A program made the position numbers and the translations under genes. The notes beneath the pieces are model-generated. The model did not search any database and had not been told where the DNA came from. It saw nothing but the letters and a program-made list of their open reading frames with translations. Shown here in pieces: positions 49,286 through 60,074 of a stretch of DNA of 64,000 nucleotides. Positions within the stretch are counted from its first letter, which is position 1. Each line of letters opens with the position of its first letter. The DNA comes from Bacillota bacterium (lineage in GTDB: Bacteria; Bacillota; DTU025), in the NCBI GenBank assembly GCA_050951805.1, contig JBMNJT010000005.1, positions 13,976 through 77,975 of the forward strand, read 5' to 3'.

Positions 49286-51898
49286 ATGAGCGTGCCAGGA
49301 GTCCCCAAGCCTGAAGTCGCAGTCAGGCCGGTCCTCGACAGCAAGCAAAGGGCGTTCGTCGATTGCCAACATGGGTGCGTGGTGCTGCACGCGCCTGTCG
49401 GTACCGGGAAAACCCTAGCCCTTGCCGAGAGGGCTGCAGAAGCCATACGCCACGGGGTTGATCCCAATAGAATACTGTGTGTCACGTTCACGAACAGGGC
49501 CGCAGAGGAGCTTCGCCAACGGATAAGAGTCAGTTGTGGAGAGCATGCAAGAGGCGTAGTGGTCCGCACCTTCCACAGCCTTTGCGCGTGGATGCTGAGG
49601 AGCGAGGCAAAACAGATGAGTCTTCCATCAGACTTTGTCATCTTCGATGACGACGACTCCATGGAGATCATCAGACAATGCGCGAAAAGGACTGGCGTTC
49701 ATCTCGTTTGCTCAGGCTATGACGATGAAGCGAGAGATGCGCAGGATGCGATCACAACTGCTAAGATAAATGCTCCTGATGCCGTGCTTTCCACAAATTC
49801 CGTGCAAGATGCGGTCTTCGACAGCCTGCCCCGAGCATGGCGTCGTCTGGCCCTTGCCTACCAGGATGAACTTGCTGCCCATCATGCCCTCGACTTCGCC
49901 GATCTCGTCTACTTTGCTCGCGCTATGCTCTCTGTCGAGCCGGACATTGCCAACCGCTGGTCCGAACGTTTCTCCATGATACAAGTGGACGAAATGCAGG
50001 ATACGCACGTGTCGGAATATCAGGTTCTGCGTGTTCTAGCAAAGAAGTGCGGGAATATCGCGCTGGCAGGCGATTTCGATCAGACCATATACGAATGGAG
50101 GGGTTCTCAGCCAGAGAAAATCATCACGCTGCTGCAAAAAGACTTCCCACAGGCTCGGCGCTTCTCATTTGTCACCAATTATCGAACCACCCGCACACTG
50201 GTGGATGCTGCGGCTTCTGTCGCCGCCAACTACAGTGACTTCGACCGAGTGCGTCCGTGCGCCACAGCAGAGGAAGGAAACCCGATAGTAGTCCACTTCG
50301 CCCGCGATTCTCAAGCCGAAGCCCAATGGATAGCAGAGGAGACGCGCAAACTGATAGAACCGGGCGAAAGCGCCAACAACATTGACCCACTTCGCCCCGG
50401 AAGAATCGCCGTGCTGACCAGAACGAACTGGCGCGGAACAGTGATCTCGGAGGCTTTCGCAGAGGCCGGCATTCCCCACCTCACCGTGGAGCAATTTGAA
50501 TTCTTCCGCAGGCAAGAGGTGAAAGACGCCATTGCCTACCTGAGGTTTCTGCGAAACCCATTCGACGGTCGAAGCTTTCAGCGGATGCTTCTTAGGCCTC
50601 CCCGAAACATCGGACGCCAAACCATCGATAGTGTCATAGAAGCCGAAAGAACAGGCCTGAGGCTGATCGACATGGTCAATCCATCCACTATCGAGTTGGG
50701 AGACCCGTTCGCACGGCTTATGAGGGAACTCGATTCCGGATCTGTCGTAGTCTTCGATACCGAAACTACCGGGCTGAACCCCGCCTCCGACGATATCGTA
50801 GAACTAGCCGCTATCCGCCTCGAACATGGACAACCAGTCGCCACATTCCACCGCTACCTGCGCAATCGCGTGAGCGTGGGCGATTCCAGGCACATTCATG
50901 GGCTTTCAGACCAGTTTCTTGCAGCCCACGGAGCAGACCTTTTGGAGACCCTGTCGCAGTTCATGGCCTTTGCAGATGGCGCACTGCTCGCGGGCCACAA
51001 CGTCAGTTTCGACGTACGCATGTTTCGGGCTAATGCTCGACGCCTTGGCCTCAACCCACCATCGCACCAGTGTGCCGACACCCTCGACATTGCGCGGCGG
51101 TTCCTGGACGTTGACGATTATTCCCTGGCCAACCTGACACACTATTTCAACATCCCCTGCAAACCTACGCACAGAGCGATGGACGATGTAAACGCCACAA
51201 CGGCTCTCCTCGTCGCCCTAGCCCCGCATGTAAACAAAAGCAGTATCGGCAGAATGCAGGCTGTCCGGGAAACAGGCGAATCGTTTGTGCCCCTTGCAAG
51301 AGAGATCGAGGAAATGTGGATGTTAGCAGAAACAGTTCGTCCCGACGCTCTCCTCGACGAAGTGCTGGAGAGGTCTGGTTTGAATGCCTACTACATCAAA
51401 GAGCCCCACCGCATGGAAAACCTGAGAGAGCTTGTGAGAATCTTTCGAGACAAGGATGACGTAAGCCTTGATCCTATCTCTTCCTTAGAGAGCATACTCC
51501 ATTTCGTCGCCTTGGCTCGGAACGTGGACAGGGTTGATCCAGAAGACGAGCGTGTCCGAATTCTCACGGTCCACCAATCCAAGGGTCTGGAGTTCGATGT
51601 AGTGTTCGTAGCAGGGCTGTCGGAGCATGAATTCCCAGGCTATCGATCGGTAAAAGACGGGCGACAGGACGAAGAGCTGAGGCTCTTCTATGTAGCACTT
51701 ACACGGGCGCGGAGCAGGCTCTTCTTAACCGGACACGCCGTAAACAACGGCAAACATCGAGAACCCAGCCCCTACTTTGGCACCATCAGCAATGGATGGG
51801 TCGAACAGGATTCGCATGCAATAAGACGAACTTACGGGTCCGGCAATAGAAGAAATCCACAATCCTTACAGAGTAAGGGACACAGGCGCCCATTCTAA
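49286..51898 (+). CDS. UvrD/PcrA-like SF1 helicase with inserted DEDDh 3'-5' exonuclease domain
   Basis: APVGTGKT, TFTNRAA, TFHS, VDEMQD, GDFDQTIYEWRG, NYRT, TVHQSKGLEF, EELRLFYVALTRA; insert FDTETTG...GHNVSFD...HRAMDD. Confidence 0.9.
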   Translation: MSVPGVPKPEVAVRPVLDSKQRAFVDCQHGCVVLHAPVGTGKTLALAERAAEAIRHGVDPNRILCVTFTNRAAEELRQRIRVSCGEHARGVVVRTFHSLCAWMLRSEAKQMSLPSDFVIFDDDDSMEIIRQCAKRTGVHLVCSGYDDEARDAQDAITTAKINAPDAVLSTNSVQDAVFDSLPRAWRRLALAYQDELAAHHALDFADLVYFARAMLSVEPDIANRWSERFSMIQVDEMQDTHVSEYQVLRVLAKKCGNIALAGDFDQTIYEWRGSQPEKIITLLQKDFPQARRFSFVTNYRTTRTLVDAAASVAANYSDFDRVRPCATAEEGNPIVVHFARDSQAEAQWIAEETRKLIEPGESANNIDPLRPGRIAVLTRTNWRGTVISEAFAEAGIPHLTVEQFEFFRRQEVKDAIAYLRFLRNPFDGRSFQRMLLRPPRNIGRQTIDSVIEAERTGLRLIDMVNPSTIELGDPFARLMRELDSGSVVVFDTETTGLNPASDDIVELAAIRLEHGQPVATFHRYLRNRVSVGDSRHIHGLSDQFLAAHGADLLETLSQFMAFADGALLAGHNVSFDVRMFRANARRLGLNPPSHQCADTLDIARRFLDVDDYSLANLTHYFNIPCKPTHRAMDDVNATTALLVALAPHVNKSSIGRMQAVRETGESFVPLAREIEEMWMLAETVRPDALLDEVLERSGLNAYYIKEPHRMENLRELVRIFRDKDDVSLDPISSLESILHFVALARNVDRVDPEDERVRILTVHQSKGLEFDVVFVAGLSEHEFPGYRSVKDGRQDEELRLFYVALTRARSRLFLTGHAVNNGKHREPSPYFGTISNGWVEQDSHAIRRTYGSGNRRNPQSLQSKGHRRPF

Positions 51899-52643
51899 AC
51901 AGATCTCAAGTAACCGTGCGGCGTGAGTGGAGACAGGAGAGCTTCAGTCGCAGCGGCCAGTTAGCGGCGCTTTGCACATGCAAACAGCATGAGCGTTGCC
52001 GAAGTTCACCGCAGAGCAGCCGAACAAGCCCCTCCTCCAAAGGCTCCATAATCCGCATTCATGCGCAATTCGCCTCCTCATATCTTCCCGCCCATTCACT
52101 GAATAGAGCTTTTGCCATGACATGATTTCCTGTAGAACAAGACCGATTTGGCCAGGGCATCGCTTCCCTCTTCGTTTCGCCAGGCCGGGGCGACCCACTA
52201 GCCGGTCATCCGGTAAACGCTTGGGCCTTCCCCCGCCTTCATGTCCCACGATCGCATTGGCATATTTAAATCGCCGACAAACCTGACAGCACAGAGCCCG
52301 AAGCGACTGGCAATATGCGCGAATCGGAAGGCCCATGATTCGGCTGAGCCTTGCGCGAACCTTATCGCGTCACAGTGTCTGCCTTTTCTTCACCCATGAG
52401 CGATACAGTAGACTGGTTAACTGGGCGCTCAGGGATAATACGTCTGAAACACGCTAAGTTCGGAATCTTAGTTCCCATTGTCATATTCTTCGAAAAAGAC
52501 TTTTCCTTTACACGACTATCCTCATAATCCACAGATTTCTCGCCGTAGCCGGACTGAATATCACGAGAGGACGTCTCCCCGCTTTCCTTGAATCTGATTG
52601 TTAACTAGCCGCTGATTCTTTGGAATGCAAGGGAGGCACGGAA

Positions 52644-53348
52644 ATGAGGCGGCGCACGTTTGTGGCCATGATCGTCCTTATTGGACTCTTTGCATCCCCC
52701 TACGCGCTCAGCGCGGAGGAACAGCAGCACCTGATGCCGGCAACCATCATTCGTGTGCTAGATGGAGACACGGTAGAAGTGATTCTGGAGAACGGCGCAC
52801 GACAGAGAGTGCGGCTGATAGGAGTGGACTGCCCTGAGTTGACCGACAAAGACCCCTCGGTCCATGATTATGCATTCGCGGCAGCCGCCTTCACCAGAGA
52901 ACTGCTGGAAGGAAGGAGCGTCTGGCTCGAAACTGATATGGGCACACTCGACAAATACGGTCGACTGCTCGCATATGTATGGACTGCACCGCCAGCCGAC
53001 TTTGCGGAGGAAAAGATAAGAGACTGCATGTTCAACGCCATCTTGCTCCTGGAAGGCTACGCGTACACATACATGCTTATGCCCAATACAAAGTATGCAG
53101 CGGTTTTCGTCGGTTTTCAGCATGAGGCCATCATGGAAGACCGAGGAATCTGGGGACCCATGAGAAGATGGATTCACATCATCGTATATGTGACCAATAC
53201 AGGCAAGAAATATCATAGCGACGGCTGCCGATACCTCGCTTCAAGCCGCATTCCCATGACCCTCGCCGAAGCCATGTGGCGCAGATATGAGCGGTGCCAG
53301 ACATGCAAACCGCCATACTGGATGTCTGCTGGAATATCCCTTGAATGA
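52644..53348 (+). CDS. Secreted thermonuclease (SNase) with C-terminal Cys/His metal-binding domain
   Basis: RVLDGDT, VRLIGVDCPE, DKYGRLLAYV; tail TGKKYH-x-x-x-C...C-x-x-CKP; GGGAGG SD. Confidence 0.9.
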   Translation: MRRRTFVAMIVLIGLFASPYALSAEEQQHLMPATIIRVLDGDTVEVILENGARQRVRLIGVDCPELTDKDPSVHDYAFAAAAFTRELLEGRSVWLETDMGTLDKYGRLLAYVWTAPPADFAEEKIRDCMFNAILLLEGYAYTYMLMPNTKYAAVFVGFQHEAIMEDRGIWGPMRRWIHIIVYVTNTGKKYHSDGCRYLASSRIPMTLAEAMWRRYERCQTCKPPYWMSAGISLE

Positions 53349-53453
53349 CGTGCTCGTGAGGATTGCTCTGCCGCGCGGCAGAGCAATCCTCTCCGAAACC
53401 TTTTTGTGCTCCAGGAATCTCTGGTGCGCCCTATCCGCAGACGATAAAAAAGT

Positions 53454-54323
53454 CTATCTCTTTGTGCCAAGGAAAAACAGGGCAATAGTTCCTGGCCCCG
53501 AATGGGCGCCTATCACCGGATCAACATAGTTAATCCTGACATCCCGCACGTTCAGACGCTCCCTCACGAGCTTCTCAACGCACTCGGCATCCTCCAGTGA
53601 ATCGCCGTGGGATATGAAAACCATCTGCTCCGTAGGGTCTATGCAAGTCTTCTCCATCTCATCCACGAGGGCCACTAGCGACTTCTTCCTACCCCGAACA
53701 TTCCTTACAGGAACAAGCTTTCCTTCGTCGTCAACATGCATCACGGGCTTTACCGACAAGACCGTCCCTATCACTGCAGCTGAGACAGATACTCTTCCGC
53801 CCCGCTTCAAGTACATCAAGTCATCCACAGTAAACCAATGGCAAAGTCGAAGCCTGTTCTCGAGGAGCCAGTCCTTAACCTCATCAATCGATCTTCCGGC
53901 AAGCCTTTGCTCTACAGCATGATAAACCAATAATCCCTGACCCATTGACGCAGCAAGAGAGTCAATTGCATAAATCTTGCGTTGAGGATAAATCTCCCGC
54001 ATATTGTCCGCTACTATGGACGCGGCGTTGTATGTCCCGCTGAGCGCCGATGAAAAACCGATGTAGAGCAAGTCCTTGCCTTCCTGTAGAACGCTTTCGA
54101 ATGCATTCTCGCAATCCCTCATGTTTATGAGGGAAGTCTCGGCCACCTCGCCTTGTCTCAGTTTCTCATAGAACTGCTTGAGATCGGTCTTTTCGCCCTT
54201 TACATAGCTCTGGCATTCCTCTTCCCCGATTCTATATGACAGCGAAATGATATCAATCCCGTACTTATCAATCATCTCATCCGTGAGGTTTGCCGATGAA
54301 TCCGTCACTATCCCGAAGCTAAT
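53454..54323 (-). CDS. DegV family protein (apparent ATT start)
   Basis: (I)SFGIVTDSS, FSSALSGTY, YLKRGGR, IGAHSGPG; AGGAGG SD 8 nt before in-frame ATT at 54323. Confidence 0.9.
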   Translation of the reverse strand: MSFGIVTDSSANLTDEMIDKYGIDIISLSYRIGEEECQSYVKGEKTDLKQFYEKLRQGEVAETSLINMRDCENAFESVLQEGKDLLYIGFSSALSGTYNAASIVADNMREIYPQRKIYAIDSLAASMGQGLLVYHAVEQRLAGRSIDEVKDWLLENRLRLCHWFTVDDLMYLKRGGRVSVSAAVIGTVLSVKPVMHVDDEGKLVPVRNVRGRKKSLVALVDEMEKTCIDPTEQMVFISHGDSLEDAECVEKLVRERLNVRDVRINYVDPVIGAHSGPGTIALFFLGTKR

Positions 54324-54574
54324 ACCATTCGCCTCCTCTCATAGCCCCCTCGATTTGCCCGAAATGCCAAGCCTCCACACGCTGCCACGAGATGTCTGAC
54401 CAGCAATGCAGGAAACGCGAAGCCATCGGTTCTCCGTCGGCATCGAAATGCAGAACCCGATCACCGGCAAGGCAAGAACCAATGGCTTCTATCAAATCAC
54501 ATTATTTGCAGCATATTCGCGCCAATTTCATCCGGACAGAAAATACCGGGAATTACCCGCCGAAATGACGCAAA

Positions 54575-55489
54575 TTACTCAGCGAGGAGCTCGATCAGAA
54601 CATCCGGATGATTAGTTATTATCCCGTCCACACCCAGTTGTATCATTTTGGTCATGTCCTTTGTTTTGTTTACAGTCCAGACAAATACCCCAAGCCCATT
54701 CTCTCGAGCCATACCGACCAGCTCCGGCGTGACTCCCCCCTGGTCAACCGCCACGAAGTCCGCATTGACATCGAGTGCTGTGGAGATAACCTTCTCGCCG
54801 AAAGATGACTTTCCAAAAAGCAATGGCGCGCTGAACAGAACGCCGGCCGGTACTTGAGGCAATAGGTTGCGGCAACGCCTCACTGCTTCGACGTCGAAGG
54901 ACTGTATTATGACATCGTCCTCAGTTTTGGTCTCTCTTATGATCTCCACAACTTTGTCCTCTATGCCCTTCGCCTTTATCTCAATCAATACCTTAGTACG
55001 CCCTTTGAACGTCGAAAGCACCTCGTGCAACGTGGGAACCTTCTCCCCTGCGAATTCAGCTCCCTTCCAGGACCCTGCATCCAGCGTCTTGATCTCCTCA
55101 AGGGTGCGCCAAACAACGGACCCCCTGACGCTCCCAGTTGTGGTCCGGTCAAGCACTGCATCGTGGATCACCACAATCTGGCCATCTTTTGTTGCATGAA
55201 CATCGAGCTCGATCATGTCAGCGCCCATCTCGACTGCGCGCTCAAAGGCAGCCATCGTGTTTTCAGGAGCTACCCCTGACGCTCCTCTGTGCGCAATAAC
55301 CAAAGGACGCTTGGCCGTAGCTTCCGCTTTCGAATCCGAAACCATTTCCTTCTCGTCAACACCTATCTCAGTCGGATTTCCAGGCCCCGCCTCACCCACC
55401 GCGCTATTCCCGTGCGCCGTTGTGGCAAAAGCAATCATAAGCACTGCCAAGAAAACTGCGAACAACACACTTCGTCGCCGATGTCCCAT
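54575..55489 (-). CDS. Secreted glycerophosphodiester phosphodiesterase (GlpQ/UgpQ family)
   Basis: IAHRGAS, PENT, ELDV, HD, IEIK, WTVN, GIITN. Confidence 0.93.
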   Translation of the reverse strand: MGHRRRSVLFAVFLAVLMIAFATTAHGNSAVGEAGPGNPTEIGVDEKEMVSDSKAEATAKRPLVIAHRGASGVAPENTMAAFERAVEMGADMIELDVHATKDGQIVVIHDAVLDRTTTGSVRGSVVWRTLEEIKTLDAGSWKGAEFAGEKVPTLHEVLSTFKGRTKVLIEIKAKGIEDKVVEIIRETKTEDDVIIQSFDVEAVRRCRNLLPQVPAGVLFSAPLLFGKSSFGEKVISTALDVNADFVAVDQGGVTPELVGMARENGLGVFVWTVNKTKDMTKMIQLGVDGIITNHPDVLIELLAE

Positions 55490-55814
55490 TCACATTCTCC
55501 TTTCCGCCTCAAATTCTGAGGAGGTAATTTGGCAAACATGTGCCATGATTCCAGCACTAGTATACAAGAACCAGACTAATATTGATATACTGCCGCACAA
55601 TTACGGAACTCCATCAGTAGCATGCAGCATCGGCACAAATTAGCAAGAGGCTAAGCCGAAATTCTAGCAATAAATACACGTTCGCTGGTCTGCCACGCCT
55701 TCTTGTCAAAACTAAACTGCAGTATGCACCAGAGAGAAGCAGAAGATCGGACAGTGTATGTCGATTATATCGTTGATTTCAGGCGATATTGCCGTTGGCT
55801 AGTTTCTTGATCCC

Positions 55815-57215
55815 TCATGCTGCCTGCTCATGTGCCACAAGGGATTTCTCGCGCCATGTGCCCCGACGATACCAGAGATAGTTGCAGACAGCTCCCGCGA
55901 TCCAGCTTATGAGGAGCGAGAAGAACAGCGCGTCAGGAGATCCAGCGGGATAATCTGGGCTCCTGGTCAGCGATGCCCAGATATATGCGAGGGGCACGCG
56001 GACTGCCACAACAGTAAACATCGAAATCCACATGGATGGCATGGTGTCGCCGGCGCCGCGCATGATTCCGCCAAAAACCTGAGAAATGGCCATGGCAACA
56101 TAACCCGCAGCCAGTATGCGAATCTGCCGCACACCAAGGTTAATGATCTCCTCGGTTGTAGTGAACATGCGTATCAGGTTCTCGCCGAACAGCAACAAAC
56201 AAGCCACCAGCACAAATGAAGTGGTCAGACTCACTTTCAGGATATCCTTTGTCCCCTGGGCAACGCGGTCCATCTTATCCGCGCCGATATTCTGGCCAAC
56301 AAAGGTGGCTATCGCCATGCCGAAGGTGAAGTTGGGCATCATCGCAAAGCCGTCAATGCGCATGACCGCAGTATTGCACGTGACCACCTGGTAACCCATG
56401 CTGTTGGCAAGGGCCTGCACAAATACCATGGACATCGAGAAAACCGCCTGCGTGATGCCTGCCGGCAGGCCCAATCGCAGCAATTGACCGGTCAGCTTCT
56501 TGTCGGGAACCAAATTGGAAGCGTTGAGGTTCACAACATCTTTCATTCTCCGGAGCTTCGCAATGCATAGCACTGCGGAGACGGCCTGGGATATGATAGT
56601 CGCCCACGCTGCGCCTGCAACTCCCATGCCCAATCCGGCTACAAACCATATGTCCATGAATATGTTGAGAATCGATGCCAACAGCAGTGTCAGCAATGGG
56701 AAAACGGAATTGCCCAGTCCGCGCAGGATGCCGGAGACTATATTGTAATAGCCGACTCCCAGAATCCCCGAAAGCGTTATGGTTAGATAGGAGTAGGCCA
56801 TGTCAAATGTTTCTACTGGGGTTTTGGTCAATGTGAGCAGCTGTCCCGCCAGAGGTATGCCAACCGCCATAATCACAAGGGATGATATGAAAACCAATGT
56901 CATCGCATTCCCAATTGAACGCGAAAGCGATTCTTTATCCTTGGCCCCATAGTATTGTGCGACCATGATCCCTGCGCCCGTTGAAACTGCCATAAAGAGA
57001 ACGAGGAGCAAGTTTATGACGGGGAGTGTCGTTCCAATTGATGAGAGCGCTTTGTCGCCCACATAGCGACCGACGATTATTGAATCCACAGTACTGTACA
57101 TCTGCTGAGCAAAGTTGCCGATGAGCAAGGGGATCGAAAACCGCAGCAAGACGGACATTGGCTTTCCCTCGGTCATATCTTGTGCGCCAAACAATGCGTT
57201 GATTCTCTTGAGCAT
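55815..57215 (-). CDS. MATE family efflux transporter
   Basis: DMTEGKP, QQMYSTVDSIIVG, LRGLGNS, GVAGAAWAT, GQNIGA. Confidence 0.93.
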   Translation of the reverse strand: MLKRINALFGAQDMTEGKPMSVLLRFSIPLLIGNFAQQMYSTVDSIIVGRYVGDKALSSIGTTLPVINLLLVLFMAVSTGAGIMVAQYYGAKDKESLSRSIGNAMTLVFISSLVIMAVGIPLAGQLLTLTKTPVETFDMAYSYLTITLSGILGVGYYNIVSGILRGLGNSVFPLLTLLLASILNIFMDIWFVAGLGMGVAGAAWATIISQAVSAVLCIAKLRRMKDVVNLNASNLVPDKKLTGQLLRLGLPAGITQAVFSMSMVFVQALANSMGYQVVTCNTAVMRIDGFAMMPNFTFGMAIATFVGQNIGADKMDRVAQGTKDILKVSLTTSFVLVACLLLFGENLIRMFTTTEEIINLGVRQIRILAAGYVAMAISQVFGGIMRGAGDTMPSMWISMFTVVAVRVPLAYIWASLTRSPDYPAGSPDALFFSLLISWIAGAVCNYLWYRRGTWREKSLVAHEQAA

Positions 57216-58056
57216 GTAGCAAACCACCTTTTCTAGACGATTATGCCACGTGACCGCCATTTGCGCAATCCGGTAACAGATAGCGATATGGAAGGTATTT
57301 ATGGGAAATGCGGGTGATGATATGCCTGCGCCCGGGCTACATAGCCTCGGAACGCAGGCAATAAGGGGGCAAAAAGACATGGAATAAGCCAACGATCAAT
57401 CGTACACTACCACCCTGGGCCTAAGGTCAAGTCTTTTCATCATGTCATCATAATCCTCATCGGTGATTTCATCACCCAGAACAATCCAACTGGGAGGTAA
57501 CCTCTGAGTGTTACACGGCTTCCTTAAAACACACAAGTCCCTTGGAATCTGCAGAGAGCAGGCAAAGCATATTCATCTTCTCATCGTACTGTGCTTAGCT
57601 GTTTGCCAGAGCGGGCCTACGCACAAAAGAATGTAACGATCACAACCCACGGGAAGCAAATGGCTGCATAACGGCTTTAAGTGCATCCAGACACTGACAT
57701 ATATAAGTATAAGCGGCTGGCGGAAAGAAGAGCTGGGAGCAGCTGGCTATTAGATAACATCATCATCTACAGTGACTCTTTGTAGGAACCGTTTTCTTCG
57801 CGCCGCATCATTGGGCAATGGGCACCTGATTGTTGTTTGCATGTCTACGCTGGCAACGCGTTAGCATATCAAAACGTCGACCTATTGATACGTCTGCAGT
57901 CGGCCTTCTCCCAGCCTCTCTATTACAAGGACAAATACGTTATCTTATTGTACAACACTTGCATCATAATCCGTCCCAGACCTCTTCTCTCCATTTCAGC
58001 CGCAAAGCAATCACATCTCCGGCGCCGCTTGTGGCCACGACGCAAACCAGAAACCT

Positions 58057-59049
58057 TCATGCTGCTCCCAACCGACGCAGACCATGAAGATGGCAAGCAA
58101 CGAAATGCCGATCACCAACCTGAACAAACTCCGGATCCTCCACAGAACACGCCTCCTGAGCATGAGGGCACCTGGGATGAAACCTACAGCCTGACGGAGG
58201 ATTGATCGGGCTAGGAATCTCTCCCTTCAGCAGAATCCGTTCCTTCCGCGTTTCAGGATCAGGCACAGGAACTGCTGAAAGCAATGCCTGAGTGTAAGGA
58301 TGCATAGGCGCTTTATAGAGGTCTTCTTTCGTAGCAAGTTCGACCAGTTTGCCAAGGTACATTACTGCCACCCTATTGCTTATGTGCTCGACGACGCTGA
58401 GATCATGGGCAATAAACAGGTAGGTCAACCCCAACCTGTCCTGAAGATCCTGCAAAAGGTTGATAACCTGCGCTTGAATGGATACATCAAGGGCCGACAC
58501 TGGCTCATCGCACACGATCAGCTTGGGATCGACAGCCAAAGCCCGAGCTATACCTATTCTCTGCCGCTGCCCCCCTGAAAACTCGTGCGGGTATCGATTA
58601 GCATGATAGGCAGATAAGCCCACTTCTTCCAAAAGCTCCTCAACACGCTTCTGCTTCTTCACGCCACTGGCCATTCCATGAACCTCTAGGGGCTCGCCAA
58701 TAATCTGCCCAATAGTCATTCTCGGATTGAGCGACGCATACGGATCCTGGAATACAATCTGCATCTCCTTGCGCAAGGCTCTCATATCCGCTTTGTTGAG
58801 AGAAAACACATCTACTCCGTCAAACACAACTTCTCCAGCGGTGGGTTCAATCAGCCTCAGTATCAACCTTCCTGTCGTCGACTTTCCACAACCACTTTCG
58901 CCTACAAGGCCAAGCGTCTCACCACGACGGATAGAAAAGTCAATCCCATCCACAGCCTTTACAACCCCAGAACCCTGCGAAAACATTCCACTCTTTTTTA
59001 CGGGAAAATGCTTCACAAGATTCTTCACCTCAAGAAGCGTTTCCGCCAT
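58057..59049 (-). CDS. Peptide ABC transporter ATP-binding protein (OppF/DppF type)
   Basis: [31 protein letters not shown]-terminal CRFHPRC. Confidence 0.93.
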   Translation of the reverse strand: MAETLLEVKNLVKHFPVKKSGMFSQGSGVVKAVDGIDFSIRRGETLGLVGESGCGKSTTGRLILRLIEPTAGEVVFDGVDVFSLNKADMRALRKEMQIVFQDPYASLNPRMTIGQIIGEPLEVHGMASGVKKQKRVEELLEEVGLSAYHANRYPHEFSGGQRQRIGIARALAVDPKLIVCDEPVSALDVSIQAQVINLLQDLQDRLGLTYLFIAHDLSVVEHISNRVAVMYLGKLVELATKEDLYKAPMHPYTQALLSAVPVPDPETRKERILLKGEIPSPINPPSGCRFHPRCPHAQEACSVEDPEFVQVGDRHFVACHLHGLRRLGAA

Positions 59050-59062
59050 TGTTGCACCCACC

Positions 59063-60043
59063 TCACTCGCCGCCTACAGTGTATTGCCAACAACTAACAC
59101 GATGTCCGTCAGCGATGTCCGCAAAACCAGGTTCTTGCTGACGACAGATGTCCATTGCACACCTGCATCGGGGGCTGAACCTGCAGCCCTTTGGCATGCT
59201 GAACGGGCTCGGAACAACCCCGTCAATCGACTGCAGCCTTCGGGTGTCTTCATTGAGTTTCGGTATCGACCCCAAAAGGCCCACCGTATATGGATGAGCA
59301 GGTTCGCGGAAGAGCTCCTTGACTCCCGCCTCTTCCACAACTTTGCCGGCATACATGACGACAACCTTATCTGCGGTTTCAGCAATAACCCCAAGGTCAT
59401 GCGTAATCAGCATCACAGATGTCCCGAGTTCATCCTTCAAAGCCATCATCAATTCAAGTATCTGTGCTTGGACCGTCACATCCAAGGCTGTAGTAGGTTC
59501 ATCGGCGATCAGAAGTTTGGGGTTACAAGAGAGCGCCATAGCGATCATAACCCTCTGCCTCATTCCACCGCTCATCTGATGCGGGTAGTCGTTCACCCTG
59601 CGCTCCGGAGAGGGAATTCCTACAAGCTTCAGCATATGCACGGCCTTATCCTTAGCATCTTGTTTACCTAGCCTTTGGTGGAGAATAATGGACTCCATAA
59701 TCTGATCCCCGACGGTAAGAACAGGATTCAAACTTGTCATCGGTTCTTGGAATATCATAGCAATCTCATTGCCCCGTATTTGGCGCATCTCGCCGATCGG
59801 CTTCTCCAACAGGTTCTCGCCTTCGAAAACGACCTCACCCGCCTCTATCCTGCCGGGCGGGTTTGGTATAAGTCGCATTACCGAAAGGGCCGTGACACTC
59901 TTGCCGCTTCCACTCTCACCAACAATCCCGACAGTCTCCCCTCTATTCAGTGAGAAACTGACATCCTCTATGGCAGGCACAATGCCATCTTCCGTGTAAA
60001 AGCATGTTTTTAGGTTGCGTATATCCAACAGTGGTTCGCCCAT
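59063..60043 (-). CDS. Peptide ABC transporter ATP-binding protein (OppD/DppD type)
   Basis: [28 protein letters not shown]. Confidence 0.93.
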   Translation of the reverse strand: MGEPLLDIRNLKTCFYTEDGIVPAIEDVSFSLNRGETVGIVGESGSGKSVTALSVMRLIPNPPGRIEAGEVVFEGENLLEKPIGEMRQIRGNEIAMIFQEPMTSLNPVLTVGDQIMESIILHQRLGKQDAKDKAVHMLKLVGIPSPERRVNDYPHQMSGGMRQRVMIAMALSCNPKLLIADEPTTALDVTVQAQILELMMALKDELGTSVMLITHDLGVIAETADKVVVMYAGKVVEEAGVKELFREPAHPYTVGLLGSIPKLNEDTRRLQSIDGVVPSPFSMPKGCRFSPRCRCAMDICRQQEPGFADIADGHRVSCWQYTVGGE

Positions 60044-60074
60044 GTCACGGTCGCTCCTTCCCACGGACGCTAAC

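Noticed and set aside
51900-52620. Short ORFs and a CTAAG..CTTAG dyad (about 52454) between helicase and SNase
   Set aside because: No coding motif; a single weak dyad is not enough to call a site or an operon link
55531-55545. TGGCAC...TTGC sigma54-like site upstream of the GDPD gene
   Set aside because: GG to GC spacing is 9 nt rather than the invariant 10
57490-57670. Possible frameshifted signal-peptide remnant (LLIVLCLAVCQS / AYAQKNVTIT)
   Set aside because: Too short to support a pseudogene call without a search
20741-59671. Other long antisense ORFs (20741-21511, 24134-24991, 31770-32657, 58727-59671)
   Set aside because: Each lies opposite a well-supported gene and has no recognisable motif
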